From: Bryobacterales bacterium
Lineage (GTDB): Bacteria > Acidobacteriota > Terriglobia > Bryobacterales > Bryobacteraceae
Reading direction: 5' to 3'
Assembly (NCBI GenBank): GCA_963840845.1
Contig: CAWJBS010000108.1
Location: 2,458 to 66,457 of the forward strand
DNA: 64,000 bases
Positions 62,835 through 64,000 of the stretch are shown here, piece by piece. Under the pieces are notes generated by a model. The model had not been told where the DNA came from. It did not search any database and was given only the letters and a program-made list of their open reading frames with translations. Position 1 is the first letter of the stretch. Every line of letters begins with the position of its first letter. Position numbers and translations under genes: made by a program.

Positions 62835-63105
62835 TTGATCAAGTTAGACATTATCAACGAAGTAGTGAATCGAACCGGGCATCACCAAGACGAAGGCGGA
62901 GATGGCGGTCGAAACGGTATTCGACACGATGAAAAAGGCGTTGAGTGAAGGGGACCGGATCGAGTTGCGGGGATTTGGAATCTTCAACGTGCGGCCGAGG
63001 AAGACGGGGATTGGGCGCAACCCGCGGACCGGCGCGGAAGTGGCGATTCCGCCGGGCAAAGGCGGTGCGGTTCAAGCCGGTAAGGAACTGCAGGCACTGC
63101 AGTAA
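62835..63105 (+). CDS. HU/IHF family DNA-binding protein, 3 single-base frame breaks
   Basis: (M)IKLDIINEVVNRTGITKTKAEMAVETVFDTMKKALSEGDRIELRGFGIFNVRPRKTGIGRNPRTGAEVAIPPGKAVRFKPGKELQ is obtained after correcting G-run indels at about 62877, 63060 and 63075. Confidence 0.8.
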
Positions 63106-63163
63106 ACACGGTTGTGTCACAGCAGCCGGAATTGCTGGGCCCCTGGAAAGGCGGCGCGGCGAG

Positions 63164-64000
63164 GATGGCGGGAGAACGAAATCACCGAATCGCCGCGTGT
63201 GGACGTTGCCGCGTTTTTGGTGGTTGAATCTTCTTTTGTTCCTGTGCACGCTGGGTCAGCACAACCGTTTTCGGGTATGCGCTGGTGAGCAGCTTTGCGG
63301 CGGGGCATCCGTTTGGCGAAGCGGATCTTCTCTATAGCTTTTATCGGTTTATGCACGGCAATACCGTTGGTGGCGCGGGGGGTGATTTTTTCGGATTCCG
63401 CTGCTGTTGATTCTGATGGCCCATGAGATGGGGCATTATGTGGTTTGCATGAGGCGCGGGGTTGACGCGACGCTGCCGTTTTTTATGCCGTCGCCGACGT
63501 TGTTTGGGACGTTGGGCGCTTTATTCGGATTAAGACGCCGATTTATACGCGGCGGGATTTATTCGATATTGGCGCGGCGGGGCCGATTGCGGGTTTCGTG
63601 ATGCTGGTGCCGTTTTTATTGGTGGGTGTGTGGCTGTCGCATCCGGTATCGGCGACGAGTGATCGGAACGCGTTGCTGGTGGCGATGCCGCTGGGGTTAC
63701 GAGCGATTGAGGTTTGGCACTTTGGCGCGGTGAGTGCGGCGCATATTTTGCTCCATCCGATGGCGATTGCGGCTTTAGCGGGGATGCTTTTGACGGCGCT
63801 GAATTTGTTGCCGCTGGGGCAACTGGATGGCGGGCATGTGGTTTATGCGGCGCTGGGTGAACGCTGGCATAAGGTGATTTCTACCGGCATGGTGGGCGCG
63901 CTGGTGGTGATGGGCAAGTTTTATTTCCCGTGGTGGGGCTGGGCGGTGTTGATGTTTTTTGTAGGACGGCGACATCCGCTGGTTTACGATAACGAACCGC
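63164..64000 (+). CDS. Site-2 protease (peptidase M50) family membrane metalloprotease, partial at window end, several frame breaks; start approximate
   Basis: LILMAHEMGHY (HExxH), ..GAAGPIAGF.. and LTALNLLPLGQLDGGH motifs, with multiple TM helices. Confidence 0.75.

Noticed and set aside
1-64000. CRISPR arrays, rRNA genes, intact IS elements or transposases
   Set aside because: No regularly spaced direct repeats and no transposase, integrase or Cas-like ORFs were seen on either strand. The only repeats are the two-copy AT-rich element and one 18-bp tandem duplication.

Overview
The window is a composite of two very different sequence types. Bases 1 to about 6.85 kb are strongly AT-rich and carry Bacteroidota/Ignavibacteriota-like genes: an S9 prolyl oligopeptidase, OsmC, a GNAT, an alpha/beta hydrolase, a lipoprotein and an HExxH protease. 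This block also holds a 760-bp non-coding stretch and two copies of a structured interspersed repeat. At about 6.85-6.88 kb the composition switches abruptly to GC-rich, gene-dense DNA with an Acidobacteriota-like gene set: PEP-CTERM proteins, a CarboxypepD_reg-type TonB-dependent receptor and Uma2 endonucleases. The two sides abut with truncated genes and no intergenic spacer, so I read the join as a chimeric assembly or concatenation rather than biology. The GC-rich part holds two sulfur-assimilation loci: sulfite reductase, an unknown ORF and cysteine synthase at 14.2-17.9 kb, and sbp-cysTWA plus an outer-membrane channel at 52.1-57.5 kb. It also holds a redox cluster (TlpA-like, YyaL-like, Tpx), a histidine-utilisation pair, argD, cell-envelope genes and a decayed mobile/toxin-antitoxin patch at 57.5-62.7 kb. 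The best candidate for an uncharacterised system is a tightly packed five-gene minus-strand operon at 41.7-48.7 kb. It encodes a transmembrane Ser/Thr kinase with an FGE/SUMF1-type ectodomain, a small secreted protein, a helical/YD-repeat protein, a secreted caspase(C14)-TPR-PEGA protein and a TPR-like protein, with a convergent DUF4384 gene. One caveat applies throughout: at least 25 conserved genes on both sides of the join are broken by single-base frame shifts, often at homopolymers. This looks like consensus (long-read) error, so most apparent pseudogenes are probably artefacts. I found no rRNA, tRNA, CRISPR array, intact IS element or reverse transcriptase.
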